64,000 nt of DNA from Eledone cirrhosa. Taxonomy: Eukaryota. Location: assembly GCA_964016885.1 (NCBI GenBank), contig OZ024740.1:343356001-343420000 (forward strand). The letters run 5' to 3'. A program made the translations under genes and the position numbers. The notes beneath the pieces were generated by a model. That model was not told the DNA's origin and did not search any database. It was given only the letters and a program-made list of their open reading frames with translations. Shown in pieces: positions 26,474 to 39,319 of the stretch (position 1 is the stretch's first letter; every line of letters begins with the position of its first letter).

Positions 26474-27952
26474 TAATGTTACGAATAATAATATTGTTTT
26501 AGTAATGTAAATTTGAAACGTATGGAAACAATATTTTTATAGCAATTATAATTTCAAAGAACTGAAGGAAATATGTTCACGTATAGTTAAGAGAATTAGT
26601 GGCCAATGCTCTACCTCCACAGGGTTCATACACGTTGCTTTTATATTATGAAACAGCAAATCCTTGTCAAAACCATCTTTACGAAAGTAAAACCGGTATG
26701 TTGTATTAAAAGATTGCTGAAATAAGTATGAAGCATTTATAAACGACATATAAAGGTATGAAATAATGAAACAATTGTATTAAAGTCTAACAGTTGATGT
26801 ATTTGTGCGTGGCTCGCGACAGCTTCATATTCCAATGAAACTTTCCGACCGGTTTCTGAAATATAACTTTTGTGGTGCTTCTCTCATTCAAAAATAAAAT
26901 TCGGATTTTGGATGATTTCAGAATATCAAGTATATAAAGTAACAAATATAAGATATATTACACAGAAAAATACTCTGACCCTTATACATTACTGTTTAAT
27001 CAGAGAGACAGTGACAGTGTCCATGACGCTTTCCAGGGCCTTCTAGATTGATGCGAGGAAATGTGGAGGTGTTGTTAAACCGGAGCCTTAACCCCAATGT
27101 TTGCAACGAGTATTTGAACTCAGAACGCAAAGAACTGAAGCAAATGCCGCTGGACATTTTGTCTGGCGTTGTAAAATTTCTAACATTTCACCCCACAATT
27201 CTAAATTAACCTCGACGGGATTTGAACAAAGAATGCAGAAAGCAACAACTCACCTTACTCTCTAACGACTTTACAAATATGCTAGGCTACTTTTATGACA
27301 ACATTTTGTAGAAGTTTTTACTTCAACTTATAATAAATATAATAAATACCCCCACTGCTAACCTATTTCTGCTTCATTGATGAGCAGACGGTATAAGTTG
27401 CTTTGTGTGAAAGCTATATCTTCTCACGGCAGTTATCGGTATGTACATCTGAAAATAATATTACTCTAACCCCAAGTCAGTGAACGGTGGAAGACTCGCT
27501 TCACTTGGTCTGTACTACCTAACAAATTCGAATCGATTCATAATAATTTTGTTTCAACAAAATATAAATAATTCGTAGTGTGTTTGAAGAAAAATATGTC
27601 AGTATGATAGGCATACCTTACCGAAGGACACTGGAAATACACGTGTATCAACAGACTATTGACAATACATTACACATTTTGGCTGGAAACTAACATCTTA
27701 ATTCGATTTTCCTGCTCCTTATTCTCTAATCAATTAAGGAGAGTATATTTAGGACTAGCTTTATCCACTGTATACATACATTTTTAAAAGGGTAAGTAAT
27801 ATGGTGTGATTTCAGGTAGATTTAATTGCTATTTCTAGCAGGTCGAGTGTTCAAATAGTCTCCCACGATGGCTTGTAAATAATGTTTAGTCTTCTGTGGA
27901 TAATGTATAAATAATTGTTTCTACTTTAGACACAAAGCCATCATAATGTATA

Positions 27953-28132
27953 AATAATTGTTTCTACTTTTGGCACAAGGCCAGCAATTATCCCAGTGCA
28001 TTACTGGTACTTTATTTTATCGACCCCGTAAGGATGAAAGGCAAAGTTAACCTCGGCGGGATTTGAACTCAGGCCGTAAAGGGACGTAACTCTATGCTAG
28101 AGTCCAGCACTCTACCGATACTGCCAATCCAC
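27953..28132 (-). mobile_element. SINE family S1
   Basis: S1 sequence. Tail piece duplicated at ~27900-27940. Confidence 0.85.
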
Positions 28133-28607
28133 AAGCCTGGCGCTTTACCGCATATGCTACTCTACAAGTTACTTGAAAATAACTGCACATAAAATATTCT
28201 CTCTCCACCACTTTCTTGTCTCTATGATGCTAATTAAATCTTATTATTGTTGTTCCTCTTACTGTTGTTGTAATTGTTATTGTTAACTATGTTGATGACG
28301 ATGATAATGATGTTGATGGCGGTGGTGTTGATAGAGTTAAATGTTGTTAGCAATAACATGATCACAGCATGGTTAAAAATAAAGGCATATATGAACCTAT
28401 ATACAATATGTTTACGTATTAAAAACATTCATTTAGTTCTATGCCCCAGCATTTGATCGTAAGAATGTTAATATGCATTCACGGCGAATGATTTGTTTAC
28501 AAAATATAAGATATTTTCTTCTATACTTCAGAATCTGGCCGTAGGTAAACGAACGCCGATGAAATGCACCACTTGCTCTTAACCTGACATTCGGTATCTA
28601 TGAAATG

Positions 28608-29779
28608 ACTAGCAGCAGGACCCGGCGTTACACGGGGTAGGAAACATGAAATAGCAACACGCATATGCAAAGATTGAGGAATGTAGATGTGTACTTTTTG
28701 AATTCCTTTATTCTCAGGGAATGATTGTTCATCTACTGGAAACGTAGAACACCAGCAGGCCCGAATCCAGTAGTAGCGGTGTCAGTGGGTTGATTGCGGA
28801 AATCCTGTATGTGAAAGGAGTAAGTAAGTGTTGTGGGGCGATGTATGTCGTAAGTCTGTTCATGAATTATGTCACGGATGGGGAACACGCGTCAGTCTGA
28901 AGGAGCGACGTAGTCAATTGTGTGAAAACCAAGTAGGGATGTACGTTTAAGTAGGGATATTGAGATGACGAAATCAGCGTATCAACGCAGCTGCAGCAGA
29001 AGGGGGTCATAGCGCAATTAGCACAAACACTGGGCGGCACTGGTTGCACTGCGTTTACACAGCAACAAAGGTGCGACAAAAGGGTCACCGCGGAATTAGC
29101 ACAACCGCTGTTCGGCGTACTTGCGCGGGGCGTTCATTCTGCGGTGTAGGTGCAACAAAAGGGGTCTTAGTAGAAGTAGCACAGACGTGAGTTTTACTGT
29201 GTCAATAACACAGCAACGTACACAGGACCCAGATTTGCGCGCGATGAAAGCACGAAGCGTCAACAGGACGCCGACAAAAATTTTAAGGTCCTCCTCATTT
29301 CCTCAATCCTCCGAAAATGGTCCTGCTTAAAAGTAAGTAAGTGTTGTGTCCTCTGTTAAATAAACTAAATTTTTAACGAAATATTATACGCTACTTAAGA
29401 TGTTAGCGTTTATATTGAAAATGAAAATGGCATGTAATGCCCATGCTAATTCGTAAATTTCCTAGAAACCATTAATGGAATCGGAATATCTTTTGTCCAC
29501 AGCAATGCGAGGGGTCTAACTAATGTGTGCTGCAAATTTCGAGGAAATCGGCTGGATTATCTTTAAGTTACGCCTCAAAAAAGCCTAAAAATGCCCCCAA
29601 AATACGGTTTTTCGCCTAATGCGGCCCTAGGGCAGAAAAAGTTAATTTTTAAGTTAAGAAATATAATTATCGCATGTGTAAAGTTTGAAAAAAATTGTTC
29701 GGCAACTTCTCGAGTTTTAAGGATTTACACAGACAGACAGATAGACATACAACAAACTCTGTTTTATATATATATAGAT
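28608..29779 (+). mobile_element. Non-autonomous Helitron/Helentron-like element (HINE/Lep1-like)
   Basis: 5' ACTAGCAG..ACCCGGCGTTACACGGG hairpin. 3' AAGTTTGAAAAAAATTG...(ACAG)n...TTTTATATATATAGAT end. Confidence 0.7.
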
Positions 29780-30324
29780 CATGTCTTGCATATTGATAGC
29801 AATCCTAAATGCATATTAATCATACGTTAACGTATAGTATATGGGTTCATATACACATTTATTCTAAATGATGTTAATTAAAACTAGCCATTCATCAAGA
29901 ATGTGCAAATCCTGCAAGAATATATTGTCTTCTATATCTCAGTATTTGGGCGTAGGTTAACGCGTGCTGACGAAATATAACGACATTGAAATGTACCTAC
30001 CGCTCTTTCACTGATACTGCAGTCACGGTGATATGACCACAGCTTAGATATTCGCAGCAAGACTAAGAATATGTTTGTTATACGTAAATATATAAATGCA
30101 ATATAGTCATAATTACAGCTTTACATTATATGTAAAGTGAAAATGCAATCAAATGTAAATACATATTTGTTACTCATTTGGTACGCAGAAGAATATAGTG
30201 ATTGCCATCACATGTTTCACGTCATGTTTCACTTTATATTTGTTGGTAATCAGAATACAAGTTCTCTGCTTTTTACGTCTATGAAGAGAACTAATAGCAA
30301 TTCATTATTTTCATGAAAGTCAGA

Positions 30325-30531
30325 GGATTGGCAGTATCGGTAGAGCGTCAGACACCATGCTTTGCAGTATTGAGTTACGGTCCTTTACGTTCTGAGTTCA
30401 AATCTCACCGAGGTTAACTTTGCCTTTCATCCTTACGGGGTCGATAAAATAAAGTGTCAGTAATGTACTGGGGTCGACTTTTCCTTTCCCCAAAAATTGT
30501 TGGTCTTGTGCCTCAATCAGTAACCATTATT
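30325..30531 (+). mobile_element. SINE family S1 (older subtype) with TSD
   Basis: ATTATTTTCATGAA duplicated at 30304-30317 and 30526-30539. Confidence 0.8.
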
Positions 30532-31090
30532 TTCATGAAGATCAAAGAAGAACTGGATGAGGTAGCTGGTGATGTGCTAAAAAATAATAAAGCATTAGAC
30601 TTAAGGTTTTCTTAAGTTTTATTTCTCTAATAATTCTTGTTCAAATATTGCCAGGAGTTCAATGAAACAAGTGGATGAATCACACCGAAAAAGGGTTTAA
30701 TCGACTATACATTTCCCTACAACTTGGCGTACTTATGTATTACGAAATCAAAATTATAATTAGCACTAACACGTGGCAGAAGATTATTTTTGTGATCGTC
30801 TATTTCCTTTTATTTTCCTTAATTTTCAGTTAGGCCGTCTGAACTGATACAGATTCGAGAGGGAAAAACATCATTATTTTCAAATGGAGTATGAAGTTGC
30901 TGCTAGAAATACGTATTTTCGCAGTTATATGTAAATAAAGAAAGAAACAATTAAACATATCTGTCTATTGTGAGAAGTAAATCTTTTTGACATTATATGA
31001 AAAAGCCATAACTATAGCGAGAAATAAGTATTTTTGTTATATAAAAAATAAAATGTGTAAGAATTAAATATTTATTGTTATTAAAGAAAT

Positions 31091-31616
31091 ATTGTGTATT
31101 CGTAGCTGATCTCTCGGACTTATACAAAACGTTAAGAATATAAAGTTAATATAAAGAATGATGGGCTCATGCGCAGAGATACACTTAAAAGACGGAAAAA
31201 AGAAGTTGCCATTGGCCGCTATTAGGAATTGAACCTCGTATTTCTCATATACCGCCTATGCACTTTTAACCAATTAAGCCATTGGACCATGACAACTCTT
31301 ACTGTCTTAAATTGGGTAGATAGCTCAATTACAGATTTTAATTGTCACAAACATCATATGTAAACTAATAAACATTGTGTATACGTAGCCGATCTCTCGG
31401 CCTCTTACAAAACGCCGAGAATATAAAGTTAATATAGATGCTATAAAGTAGTTTATGAATGGTGAGGATTCTCACAGTCCCTTGGCATAAATGGTTAAAA
31501 GTGCCTAGCCAGTATCTGGGAAATATTGGGTTCGAATCCTCATAGCGGCCGATGGCAACTTCTTTTCCGGACTTTTAAAGCATCTCCGCGCATGAGCACA
31601 TAATTATTTATATTAA
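31091..31616. repeat. Element with two divergent tRNA-like heads (inverted repeat) plus a ~63-bp direct repeat
   Basis: Arms 31146-31287 (-) and 31477-31616 (+), with A box TGGCATAAATGG and B box GGTTCGAATCC. Direct repeat at 31091-31153 and 31374-31436. Confidence 0.65.
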
Positions 31617-32591
31617 AATTATTATGTTTTAAAAAAGTTATCTTTAGTGTTAAGAAAATATTTCTATTATACGAAAAAAATCAGGTCAGTATTGAAATAT
31701 AAAAAAAGAGGTGTTTCATATGAAAGGATTCTAACCACATATTATTCACCGCTTGTAGGCAAAATAAAGCCCACCGCTTCTAATAACACATTACACATTA
31801 CACATTACATTATGCTAAATACGTATATGCATATTACATATACGCTATACACTCATGTTTCTTACACACAATTCTTAAGTCGTGTAGTAACATAGCATAC
31901 TATGTAGTTCTGTATAATCCAGTGTATCAGCTACCTACCAATGCATTCTACAAGACTACACCACGTCACAAAACCCCATACCATATAACACCACACAACA
32001 CCGAAGACGCGTCCAGTATTGATAGTCTGCTAGACTGGTCATTCTATCATACTTACCAATGCATCATAGTCAACCACTTCACATCATACTACACCACACC
32101 ATACTACACCCCACCATACTACACCACACCATGCAACACCACCCTACTCTACACCACACTAGTCTACACCACACCAAATACGCGTCTAGCGTTGATAGAC
32201 TGCTAGATTGGTCATTCTATCACGTATTTCCTGACAAAAGAGACACTACATACTGCCCCAAGTCCTAACAATTATCTACGATCGTTCTAATAGATGATGG
32301 CATTACCCAAACACCTGCACAAGGCAAACATAATGGAATGGTGTATTTTCAACAGTCAACCAGCTGTATCGGGCCTCAGCAACCCATCTCGCTAAACGTT
32401 GATTAATATTTCTGCGAAAGAGATCTCCTATCTGTTAAATATATTTCAATGTGCCAACGATTTCCAATTGCATCATTTTAATCTTAACACTTGCGATTTT
32501 ATCAATTTATCAAAGCATACTACTATTCACTATATATGTAAATTAAATATTGCTATGTTGTTCATATATTTACGTTGGCGTATGCGTGCGT

Positions 32592-32636
<45 letters not shown>

Positions 32637-32699
32637 AATGTATATATCCCCCCCCCCCCCAAAAAAAAATATATATATTTATATATATGTATATATACA

Positions 32700-33000
32700 T
32701 TATGTATCAGCTGTGGTAGGGTGAGAAATAAAATGTTAATCTTATTTCTAATATTCGGCAAGGCCAGCCGTAACTCGCCAGGTAATCAAATGAAGCTACT
32801 CAGCCGATGTGTACTTAAGAAAATACATTTTCAACCGTTCAACAGACTGGCAGAGGTATACAGTACTTATGGCGGGTATTGACCTAGAAAGATGTTGATT
32901 GTTCCTCAAAGCCAGTGTTGAACAAACAGCTTCATATCGGGCCGTTAGTTTACAAACGAATCGAACATAGTTATTAATGTTCGATATAACCCATACGTAC
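32700..33000 (+). mobile_element. Old diverged R1-related monomer with decayed HHR (32860-32902)
   Basis: Colinear with R1. Core decayed to CTTATGG...GAAA, but the extended stem GTTCAACA/TGTTGAAC, CTGGC/GCCAG, GAGG/CCTC is retained. Confidence 0.65.
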
Positions 33001-33026
33001 ATATATATATGTATATATGTATGTGC

Positions 33027-33892
33027 AGTGGCGGACCGGGTCTAAAAATATTGGTTGCCATCATTTAATTTTTATATAAATAACATTTTCAAAATAAATA
33101 ACATTTTTGAAAAATATATAAGTGGAAACAAAACAGTGCAATCAAATTTTTGCGGAAATATATCTTACCTTCTCCAATAAAAAATATGTATTTTCCGAAA
33201 TCCAGAGATTTTCAATAAAGTCCAGAAGTCGACTCTAAATATTACTAATAGCTCTAGGAAAGCCATGAACGACACCACATCTTTTCAACTTTGATTTTGA
33301 AAGTAGGTTTATAATTATCAATTTCCATTATCCTTTTGTAGCTCTCTCGGTGGTCTAGTTGGCGGGATCATAGACGGTGGTGATCTTTGTTTGAAGTTTG
33401 ATCCTGGTCGAGAGTAGGGTACCCGGTAAACCTTTTCAGTTTTTTTTTCTATTGGTTGTAAAATAAAAACTGAAAATGTTTATATGTACCTCTTGACCAG
33501 GATTGAACCTAAGGTCAGGATCTCCATCCTCCCCAGTACCTAGCACTAGGCCACAGAAACAACTACGAAAGTCACATGAAAATTCGTACTTATAAACCTA
33601 CTTTCCAAATTTCCAAAACAAAGTGTTGTGGTATCCTGCATGTCTTTCTTAATGTTATTGCTTCTACTTAAGGTCGACTTCTAAATCATTTGGGTGTTCC
33701 ATAAACTACATCCTCATTTTGTTTCACATCTATCTAGACTATATTTTAACCTGTAATCCATGTTTCATTTCTGTTGCACCTCATTTCTCCTCCACCCCCT
33801 CTCTCTGTGATATTTGAATCTACTATGATTTGGGCTTACTTTATTCATATATATATATTTTTGCATGTTAGATTCAAACTTACAATGATTGG

Positions 33893-33975
<83 letters not shown>

Positions 33976-34610
33976 TTATTTGTTTGCTAAAATAATCAAA
34001 TTATATTAATTCAACAGTTAAACACACATAGGAATAATAGGGTTGTTACCAAACGGCCAGAAGATTGACAGGTCGACACTAAATATTACTAATAGCACTA
34101 GGAGAGCCGCGAACGACACCACACCTTTTTAACTTTGATTTTGAAAGTAAGTTTATAATTATCAATTTTCATTATACATTTGTAGCTGTCCAGGTGGCCT
34201 AGTTGGAGGGATCATAGATGGTGGTAATCCTGGTCTGAAGCTCAATCCTGGTCGGGAGTAGGGTTCCCGGTAATCTTTTTCAGATTTTTCTATTGGTTTT
34301 AAAACAAAAACTGAAAAGGGTTGAATGCATCTCTTGACCAGGATCGAACCCAAGGATAGGATCTCCACCGTCTCTAGCGCTAGGCCACAGCGACAACTAC
34401 GAACATTTATGAAAATTCATACTTATAAACCTACTTTCAAAATGTCCCAAAACAAAGTGTTGTGGTGTCCTTCATGTCTTTCTTAATGTTATTGCTCCTA
34501 CTTAAGATCGACTTCTAAATCATTTGGGTGTTCCATCATCCTCGTTTTGTTTCACATCTATCTACCCTATATTTTAACCTGTAATCCATGTTTCATTTCT
34601 GTTCCACTTC

Positions 34611-34672
<62 letters not shown>

Positions 34673-34950
34673 GTGATATTTGAATCTACTATGATTTGGG
34701 TTTACAATGTTTGGCATTATATATATGTATATATATATATACATACAGTGGCGGGCCAGGTCTAAATATATTGGTTGCCAGATGAAGGGGGTCCACGTAC
34801 ATATAGAATGCTATTATTTAATCTTTATAATGAATAAATAACGTTTTCAAAAAATACATACATGCAAACAAAACAGTGCAATCAAAAATACCTTACCTTC
34901 TTCAATAAAAAAATATTATGTATTTTGCGAAATCCAGAGACTTTCAATAA
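33027..34950. repeat. Composite duplication A-B-x-B'-A'; B is an imperfect palindrome with two convergent tRNA-like heads
   Basis: A begins CAGTGGCGG..GGTCTAAA at 33027 and 34746. B palindromes at ~33223-33683 and ~34071-34517 are bounded by GTCGAC-type ends. Confidence 0.65.
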
Positions 34951-35008
34951 TGACCTTTGGTCTTTCACACTCAGTCAATATATATATATATACACTCCCT
35001 TCACCTAT

Positions 35009-35988
35009 ACTAGCATTAAAGCCCGGCGTTGCTCGGGTTCAGTAAGTTACCAAAGTTAGGTTGCACCACCCATTTTATGGCAGCATTTGTTTGTCTGCCA
35101 GGCACTGGGTGAATGAATTGCAGACCTGGACTGCCGAAGCAGGAGCTGCACCAGCAGTGACAATTGTAGTTTCGCCTATGGATATTATCTCTGTGCAAAG
35201 AAGTGTTGATATTTATTGTTTCACAGTACTTGCGCAACACGCGCGTAGACAATGCTAGCAGAACAACAGAGCTGCGATGGAGTTGTTCTGCATGGTTGTC
35301 TAATGTGTGTTTTCTAAATTTAAGACAGTAGGGAGTGGTGTGATATGGGGGAGAGTTAGCTGCTGTTTCTAGCAGGTTTAGTGACCTCATAGAGGATATT
35401 ATTGTGTATAGTAAATAAACTGATACTTCTTTCTTCCACGTTCGTTGAGAGATGTTTTAAAAAAAATTTATCGCTATTTTTGTTGTTGTTGAATGAATTT
35501 ATCTGTTGCTTTTGAATAATTGTTGTTTGGTATGAAATGTAATAAGTTCTCTTCGTTGTCATTGCAGTAAATAAATGCTTGACCGTTCCACACTCAAAAA
35601 CAAACGTTCTTTCTCTTTCTCTCACTCTTTTCTCTCTCTCTCCTTCATTTATTTCTCTCTTCTTTCTTCAGCGTTCCTAAAGGAAGTTTGTAAGGAGGGG
35701 GTTTAAGCGTATATAAGAGAAAGTTGCAGCATGTATGTAGTTTTATCGAATTTTAAGGGGAGTAGAGAGAGGTAATCAGATTGTATTAGAGGAGTAAAGC
35801 GTCATGTATTTAGTTTTATTGATTATTTCCGTAATTATGGGTGAGTTAGATAAAAGTAAATAGTCGTTGACCTAAGTTAGACCATTTACAACATTCATAC
35901 ATACATTGAATCGAATCGGTTTGAAATTGTGCAAATGTATAAACATGGAACATGCACACACACACAACAACAATCTGCCTTTTATAGA
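35009..35988 (+). mobile_element. Non-autonomous Helitron/Helentron-like element
   Basis: 5' ACTAGCATTAAAGCCCGGCGTTGCTCGGG hairpin. 3' GAATCGAATCGG...(CA)n...CTTTTATAGAT end. Confidence 0.6.
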
Positions 35989-36177
35989 TAATTGTTTCTA
36001 ATTGGCACAAGGCCAGAAAATTACCCAGTACATTACTGGTACTTTATTTTATCGACCCCGTAAGGATGAAAGGCAAAGTTAACCTCGGCGGGATTTGAAC
36101 TCAGAATGGCAAGGGCCGTAACTCTATGCGTCAAAGCATGGCGTCCGAACCTCTACCGATACTGCCAATCCACCGCC
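35988..36177 (-). mobile_element. SINE family S1, full length with TSD
   Basis: TTTATAGATAAT duplicated at 35981-35992 and 36179-36190. Confidence 0.88.
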
Positions 36178-36316
36178 ATTTATAGATAATGATATATATA
36201 TAGGTTGCAAAAAAATGAAAACGAAATTTCATTTCTCACTCTTAGTATGGCACTTACTTAAATGTAAGTATGTATGTATACGTACATACATATATGTATA
36301 CAGACGTACAGTAGCA

Positions 36317-36412
<96 letters not shown>

Positions 36413-36553
36413 TATACATACAGGTACACATACATATATGCACGCCTCAGTTTAGTGGACGCTTATTATAACGCCGCTTTGTTCGTTTGTAAACAAACTG
36501 AACAGCCTGAAAGTATATACTTTCGAACGTTCAACTATCTGGCAGATGGGTAT

Positions 36554-36596
36554 ACGGTGCTGATGATAGCTAACAAGCTTGAAACTAGTACATCGT
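36554..36596 (+). ncRNA. Minimal type I hammerhead ribozyme (R1)
   Basis: ACGGTG-CTGATGA-T-AGCT-AACA-AGCT-T-GAAA-CTAG-TA-CATCGT. Confidence 0.9.
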
Positions 36597-36756
36597 TCCT
36601 GTGTCAGTGTTGAACAAAAAGGTGACGTGGTTGCCTTAACACAGTATGGCATAAATTCAGGCTGTTCAGTTTGTTTACAAACGAACAAAGCGGCGTTATA
36701 ATAAGCGTCCGCTAAACTGATGCGTGCATATATGTATGTGTACCTGTATGTATATA

Positions 36757-36800
<44 letters not shown>

Positions 36801-37035
36801 TGCTACTGTACGTCTGTATACATATATGTATGTACGTATACATACATACTTACATTTAAGTAAGTGCCATACAAAGAGTGAGAAATGAAATTTCGTTTTC
36901 ATTTTTTTCAACTTATCGTTTTCGGTATGCCTGACCGATTTAACTCACTCAATATGCAAATTAGGCTGCTCAGCCGTTAATTTTCATAAGGAAAGTATAT
37001 ACTTTCGAACGTTCAACTATCTGGCAGATGGGTAT

Positions 37036-37078
37036 ACGGTGCTGATGATAGCTAACAAGCTTGAAACTAGTACATCGT
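37036..37078 (+). ncRNA. Minimal type I hammerhead ribozyme (R1)
   Basis: Identical to 36554-36596. Confidence 0.9.
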
Positions 37079-37236
37079 TCCTGTGTCAGTGCTGAACAAA
37101 AAGGTGACGTGGTTGCCTTAACACCGTATGGCATAAATTCAGGCTGTTCAGTTTGTTTACAAACGAACAAAGCGGCGTTATAATAAGCGTCCGCTAAACT
37201 GATGCGTGCATATACGTATGTGTACCTGTATGTATA

Positions 37237-37320
<84 letters not shown>

Positions 37321-37402
37321 TGCTACTGTACGTCTGTATACATATATGTATGTACGTATACATACATACTTACATGATATATATATATATATATATATAT
37401 AT

Positions 37403-37665
37403 AAATGTAAGTATGTATACGTACATACATATATGTATACAGACGTACAGTAGTATGTATATATATATACATACATGCACACATATATATATATATGTAC
37501 GTATGGGTTTACCGAACATTTATTATAATGTTCGGTTTGTTTGTAACAAACAGCCCGAATTACGCCGTACAGTGTTCGGAAACCATCGTCGCCTTTTTGT
37601 TCAACACTGACACAGGAACGATGTACTAGTTTCAAGTTTATTAGCTATCGTCAGCATCTGTATAC
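37403..37665 (-). mobile_element. R1 fragment in opposite orientation, with HHR at 37618-37660
   Basis: Minus strand GATG-CTGACGA-TAGCT-AATA-AACTT-GAAA-CTAG-TA-CATC. One stem II mismatch. Confidence 0.8.
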
Positions 37666-37669
37666 AAGG

Positions 37670-37755
37670 GGTCTGACGAGCCGCGGGTTTACAGAGTCAG
37701 GTCTGATCGATACAGATCGAACCTTGAGCCGGTCAGTGGCGTAACGCACGTCACC
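37670..37755 (+). ncRNA. Decayed long-stem-II hammerhead, related to 56455-56549
   Basis: GGT-CTGACGA-GCC...GGC-GTAA-CGCACG-TC-ACC. GAAA is mutated to GTAA. Shares the CAGAGTCAGGT..GATC..GATCG.ACCTTGAG insert. Confidence 0.55.
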
Positions 37756-37843
37756 AACCAATAAACGTAATGAAGGAGTAATCAATCGTCCTTGTTATCT
37801 TATTTAACTATATATATATGTATGTGTGTGTATATATATATAC

Positions 37844-38013
<170 letters not shown>

Positions 38014-38153
38014 TTATATATATCTATATATCTATATATATCTATATGTACATATATATACGTTTACATATGTCTATATATATATAATTATGAAGTATTT
38101 CCGTAGAAAGGGTAAAGGAAGGGAGAGTGCTCTATGTATGCTACAGAACTATT

Positions 38154-38486
<333 letters not shown>

Positions 38487-39319
38487 GTATATATATATAC
38501 GCAGACACATACTAATCGCACGCACTGGTATATAAGTCGAACACTTATGATATATTAGAAGATATGTGTAATGTCGATATAAATATGGTTTCTAAATCCG
38601 AAGTCTCGTTATGAACCGAATGAAGTATAAACACTTCCTATGATTCCTCTGAACACATAAGACATAAGAGATTAACTTTATACATTTCGGAGATTATTGT
38701 TTCATCATCAGAAAAAAGTTCTATCCCTATGATTCTGTCTACGGGGAAATATTTTTTTATTGCATCACTGTAATTGGTCAGTCCGATTGACACGATGAGC
38801 ATTCGTTTGTTAACGAAATTAATTATATAATCTATAAATACATAACTCCTTCTATGATTCCATCTACAGAGACATCTTCTGACAAGAAGACAATGTTCTC
38901 TAAAATACATAAAGGTAAATATTTATGTTTTGTGTATATAGAGGAATAAGGGAAAGTATACACATTTCATTTTTTTTCGCAGTGAAGCTTTTAATTAAAA
39001 AATGTAGTTATATTAACGTTAGATTTATTTAAATATTTTAATATACACCGGTATACACAAACTATGTTATATTGATCACAGAAATGTATGTGAGAGATCA
39101 ATAAAGTCTACCCAAGTATGATAGTGATGCAATCTCAGAAAATGCTACGAATCGATTCACCAGGAATTGAAAGTTTTCCGGAAATATTACTGACATTCTA
39201 TAGCAAGCCTTCCAAAATTTATAAAATCGTGTTCTCTTTGTATTAGAAGAGACTGTCGCGACCTCCTCCCCGTTTGGTAAAAGAAATTCATTATGTCATT
39301 ATTTTAATATGACGGAGTG

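Larger units (their letters stand above)
36204..37374 (+). mobile_element. Retrozyme-like family R1, locus B (inverted 5' arm plus ~1.8 tandem monomers, period 482)
   Basis: 36204-36511 is the reverse complement of 36656-36912. Identical HHRs start at 36554 and 37036. Confidence 0.85.

Noticed and set aside
26612-27450. Minus-strand exon-like segments (e.g. QSFNTTYRFYFRKDGFDKDLLFHNIKATCMNPVE)
   Set aside because: Neighbouring candidates do not join in frame or contain stops in all frames, and no homology was recognised.
28985-29195. CRISPR-like repeat-spacer reading
   Set aside because: Only three poorly conserved repeats, no cas genes, and a eukaryotic transposon context.
29962-30000. CTGACGA-AAT...ATT-GAAA-TG-TA hammerhead-like string
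   Set aside because: Stem I does not pair, and the paralogous segment near 28555 lacks the motif.
31477-31550. Functional tRNA gene
   Set aside because: A and B boxes are present, but no clean cloverleaf or acceptor stem could be formed. Treated as a tRNA-derived repeat head.
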